From the NCBI RefSeq assembly GCF_009914755.1, contig NC_060935.1: DNA of 64,000 nucleotides; one strand, written 5' to 3'. Each line of letters starts with the position of its first letter. The stretch's first letter is position 1. The notes beneath the pieces were generated by a model, which was not told the origin of the DNA, ran no database searches, and saw nothing but the letters and a program-made list of their open reading frames with translations. This stretch comes from the human T2T-CHM13v2.0 reference genome, Homo sapiens. Below are positions 56,466 through 64,000 of this stretch, in pieces. The translations under genes and the position numbers were made by a program.

Positions 56466-57742
56466 AGTTCGAGGAAAGAAAATGTGGTAAGGGAAGGGTG
56501 ATCGGGAGCGTTGCCTGGGTGCAGGTGTAACTTCATTAAGGTAGTCAGATTTAACCTCACTAAGAAGGAGATAGTGATCCAAGTGTTGCTATCTGAGGAG
56601 TGGAGTATGGATTCCAGCTTGAAAAAAAAAAAAAAAAAAAAAACCCCATGAAATGTTTCTGAGGCTGGAGGGTATGTGGGGAGTTGCAAGAATACCGAGA
56701 AAGCAAATGTGACCTAAGCAGATAAGTTGAGTAGATGAAGATGTGTTAGAGAGAAAGGATGGGGCACAGAGTGGGCAGGGCCTTGTAAGTCACTGTAAGG
56801 GATTTGACATCAATTTGAATGAAATGAGAAAATGCGAGATTTTGAGATTAGGAGTGATCTGGATTCACTTACACTTTTATGGCATCTTCGTGACTTCTCT
56901 GTTAATTAATCATTGGAGGAAGATAAGGGTGAACATAGGAGAAGCAAAGAGATAAGATATGACTAATTCAGTAATCCTATAAGAGAATTTGGGGTTTGGA
57001 ACCAGGGAAGTAGCAGTGCATATAGTTAGAGGTCATCTGAATTTCTGTTTGTGAGCATGTGCATTTTATTGCTAAGGAAGAATATTTTTAGCTTTATAGA
57101 AAGAACATGATGACATCAATATCTTTTCACCTAAGAAGTTGGAATTGATTTTGCCATCCTACTCTAGACCTTCAGACCATGAGTTGTCTGGCGCTGGGTG
57201 ATTTCCTTACCTTGGAAATCACTTGGTTCTATAAAACAGCAATGATGCATACTTAGAAGCCATTGTAGTGATGAAAAATGAAATAGGTATAAAAACATGA
57301 AATACTTTCAACTTTGATCAAATGTAACATATTTTAGATAGTTGATTAATCTGTTAGGTTCATGGGACAATCTGAAGAAAAAGAAAACAAGGCAAAACTT
57401 TCAGATTTTAAATAGTAATTACCTGAATTCTTATATAAGCATATATATTATAATTTAGTTTTCACTTAAAATAGCTGTACATATTTATATTCTAAAATTT
57501 TTGTAAATTTTAGGAAATGACATCTACTGCATAATTTCCTATCAAGAAAACCTTTAGAAAGGTTAATGAATGGTTTCATATTTAGGCAAAATTCAAATTG
57601 TTTTAGAATTATTTGAAAAATAAAATTGGTCCTGCTGAAATTTTTCAAACTTTAAATACCAATATTATGTTTAATTAAAAAATGCATTCTGGAAAGTGTG
57701 TAAAAATTTCCCATTTGAGACACCCTGCTGGTAATATCCTGA

Positions 57743-58108
57743 TGCTATAATGTGAATGTTTGTGTCTTCACAAAATTCATATATTGAAATCTCAACTGTT
57801 AAAATTGTGACATTAGGAAGTGGGACCTTTTAGGAGGAGAGTAGGTAATGAGTTGTAAGACCTCATGAACAGAACTAGTGCCCTTCTAAAATAGGCCCAA
57901 GGGAGTTTATCCATTCATTCTACCCTTTGAGGAAACTGCAAGAAGGTGCTGTTTTATGAGCCAGAAAAGAGGCTCTTCCCAGAGACCAAATCTGCTACTG
58001 TCTCGGTCTTAACTTCTCAGCCTCTAAAACTATGAGAAATACATTTTGTTTTTTATAAACTACTCAGTCTATGGTATTTTGTTATAGCAGCCTGAACAAA
58101 CTAAGATG
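57743..58108 (+). mobile_element. MLT1A0-like MaLR solo LTR
   Basis: 'tgctat..tgtgaatgtttgtgtc...aaaattcatat...ggtattttgttatagcagcctgaacaaactaaga'; 366 bp; TSD (c/a)ctga. Confidence 0.88.
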
Positions 58109-58602
58109 ACTGAAAAAACATGAGGACTTTTTTCTTCCTTACATGAGAGATTTGCATGAGGATATGTATGTATACATGTACCTCCAAATGGAACTATTCA
58201 AGCTTTATTATTTTGAACTAAATTCTGACACACACACACTACATTTGATATTTAACAATAGAAAATTATTGTTAAATAAAGAGAACCAGGGTATATCAAT
58301 TATTAATAATCTATATATTAATATTATCTTTGATCTCTTTACCATAGCCATTTGTTTGCTATGATTTATAGGTAATAAATACTCAATATTAAAGAGAATT
58401 AAAATTATATATATAATTAAAGCTGTAATCATGTATTTAAAGTTTGTTTTTTTGTATAAGAAATAAATCATGGTTGATAAAAGTACATTATAATAAAATA
58501 TAATTTAATTTTTCTTTTAAAGTAAATTATATTTTAATTTCACTATTTAAAATTAATTATAAATAGTTAAATTTATTTTGAACATTTTTCATAAACCCTC
58601 TT

Positions 58603-58959
<357 letters not shown>

Positions 58960-59939
58960 TTATTTGATTAACACTTTTATTTTCAAATCTTACAGTACTA
59001 TTTTAATGTAAGCATAATTATTTTGTGATGCCATTTTAAAATTTAGAGTTAAAATTAATCCAGTAGGTCTGTATGATACTTTCCAGTTTACATTGAGGAT
59101 TTAAATCTGAAAAATATTTCAAATAAAATTTCTAATTACACTGGAGCTTTTTAACATTGTATGTTACTAATATTACCTTTCATGGAAGTGACAGCTTTTG
59201 ATATGAATGTATTATAATGAATCTAGCCCATGTTAAAGAACATCATAAAAGAGTTTTAGTGGGTGAGTTAATAAAAAATATATATATTTTATCTTTCCTT
59301 TTATGACTGAATACACAGTATTAATTGTATAACCAGCTAAACTAGTAATATATTCAAAAATGAGTTAATATAAAATTATAAAATGATTCATAAGTCCACT
59401 GCTCTTTCCCAATTAGTAGAGGATTCTTGGTTATGGTAGCAGGTGGTTTCAGTTGTCTGATTTTTCATTTCTAGCTTACTGTTAAGCAAAGTTATGAAAA
59501 ACTCTGCAATGTTTTCCCCAATACATCATAAAACCAATGTACTCAGGAGTAGAAACAAGTTTAACAATCTGGTGTTAGAAAAACAATACAGGGATCTGAA
59601 TTACTATCATAGAAAGCCAATTTATTTGGACGTGTTCCACATAAGACAGTAAGGCACTGTGCACTCAGAATAGAGTGAAATATGTCACTTAACTTTAGGT
59701 TCTTTTATTGAGCAGCTAGGTGGAAAAGTGCAACAAATGTGCCAAAATTTCAATGTTATAACCCAATAGAAAGTGCTTCTCACTTGCAGGACCAAACAAT
59801 ACGGTGTGCCTGTTCAGTTGGATCTCCTTGGAATTCCCACTTAAGTGGTGACTCAGGAAGCCTAAATCTTCCTGTACCTTGGTTTTATTATTTCCTTAAA
59901 TATTGGAGTCCTCTGCTAGATTATATGCATTTAGGCAGT

Positions 59940-60142
59940 TCATGAGAAGGAGAGAAAGTATGAAGCATTTCAGGAAAATTTTAATTGCCAAGTCTGAAAA
60001 TAAAATACATCACTCTGCTCACAATTAATTTATGAGAACTCAGTTCACCAGAATTTTCTAATTGCAAGGAAGGCTAGGAAATTTGTTCTAACTCTGTGTC
60101 CAGTGTCAAAAACTGAGGAGCTTCTGGATGTCTCTGCTACAG
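59940..60142 (-). mobile_element. Old MLT1 (J/K-like) LTR fragment
   Basis: 'catcactctgctcacaat...agaactcagttcac...ctaattgcaaggaaggctaggaaatttg...tctctgctaca'. Confidence 0.5.
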
Positions 60143-60631
60143 GGTCTATGGTGTCTCTAGGATCATAATAATAATTTTAAAAAGAGGCTGCATACAAGAT
60201 GTGAATACAGGAAAAAAGAGGAAAATAATGTTTGGGAATACTGTCATCTCAATAAATGACTCCCAAGTTCACTATGCTTACAATAGGGTTTAGTTTTTGT
60301 GTGCTGTTACTAGTTTTGCCTAACACAAGGTCACTAAATTTTCCTAGAAGGTTTTCTCCTACTCATTTTTATTTTAACTTTTACATTTAGATTGATAATT
60401 CATTTCAAACAATTAAAATATACCATTCATGACATAGACATGAACAAAGAGTTCATGACTAAAACACCAACAGCAATGGCAACAAAAGCCAAAACTGACA
60501 AATGGGAAGAGGTTCTGCACAGCAAAAGACACTACCATCAGAGTGAAAAGGCAACCTACACAATGGGAGAAAATGTTTGCAATCTAGCCATCTGACAAAG
60601 GGCTAATATCCAGAAACTACAAAGAACATAA

Positions 60632-63015
<2,384 letters not shown>

Positions 63016-63534
63016 AAAAACTTTACAAGGAAAAATCAAACAACCCCATCAAAAAGTGGGCAAAGAATATGAACAGACACTTCTCAAAAGAAGACATTTA
63101 TGCAGCCAAGAAACATATGAAAAAAAGCTCATCATCACTGGTCATTAGAGAAATGCAAATCAAAACCACAATGAGATACTATCTCATGCCAGTTAGAATG
63201 ATGATCATTAAAAAGTCAGGAAGCAGATGCTGGAGAGAATGTGGAGAAATAGGAACACTTTACACTGTTGGTGGGAGTGTAAATTAGTTCAACCATTGTG
63301 GAAGACAGCGTGGCGATTCCTCAAGGATCTAGAACCAGAAATACCATTTGACCCAGCAATCCCATTACTAGGTATATACCCAAAGGATTATAAATCATTC
63401 TACTATAAAGACACATGCACATGTATATTTATTGCAGCACTGTTCACAATAGCAAAGACGTGGAACCAACTCAAATGCCCATCAGTGATAGACTGGATAA
63501 AGAAAATGTGGCACATATACACTATGGAATACTA

Positions 63535-63999
<465 letters not shown>

Positions 64000-64000
64000 A

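Larger units (their letters stand above)
49635..57030 (-). mobile_element. L2 element fragmented by the provirus and an L1M insertion (pieces ~49635-49744, ~55862-55944, ~56465-57030)
   Basis: 'atttattcaacaaatgtcttgagttcttaccatatacca'; 'gggccttgtaagtcactgtaagggatttga'; 'ggaaccagggaagtagcagtg'. Confidence 0.6.

Noticed and set aside
57560-57727. Possible Tc1/mariner-like TIR (tgagacaccctg)
   Set aside because: No matching second TIR could be located

Overview
This is AT-rich, CpG-poor primate (human-like) genomic DNA. I can support no cellular protein-coding exon, RNA gene or CpG island. Well over half of the window is interspersed repeats. The main elements are: a full-length but inactivated L1PA3/4 (20327-26485); a 6.1-kb LTR10/HERV-I(P10)-type provirus on the minus strand that lacks pro and RT (49745-55861); an old L1 5' half inside a Charlie1 DNA transposon, carrying nested younger L1 and Alu insertions (29039-35726); and a nested L1PA7/8 > L1PA2/3 + Alu cluster (60418-64000). 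There are also about 13 Alus, several solo LTRs/MaLRs, and Tigger3, MER3, MIR, L2 and L1M relics. All ORFs with recognisable homology are L1 or ERV remnants. I found no new biological system. The most notable signals are repair and retrotransposition scars: a ~388-bp locally templated copy pasted without a TSD into an L1 3'UTR, a ~63-bp dispersed duplication, short 3' transductions on both young L1s, and a hairpin-perfecting deletion in the L1 promoter. Subfamily names come from recalled consensus sequences and should be confirmed with RepeatMasker/Dfam.
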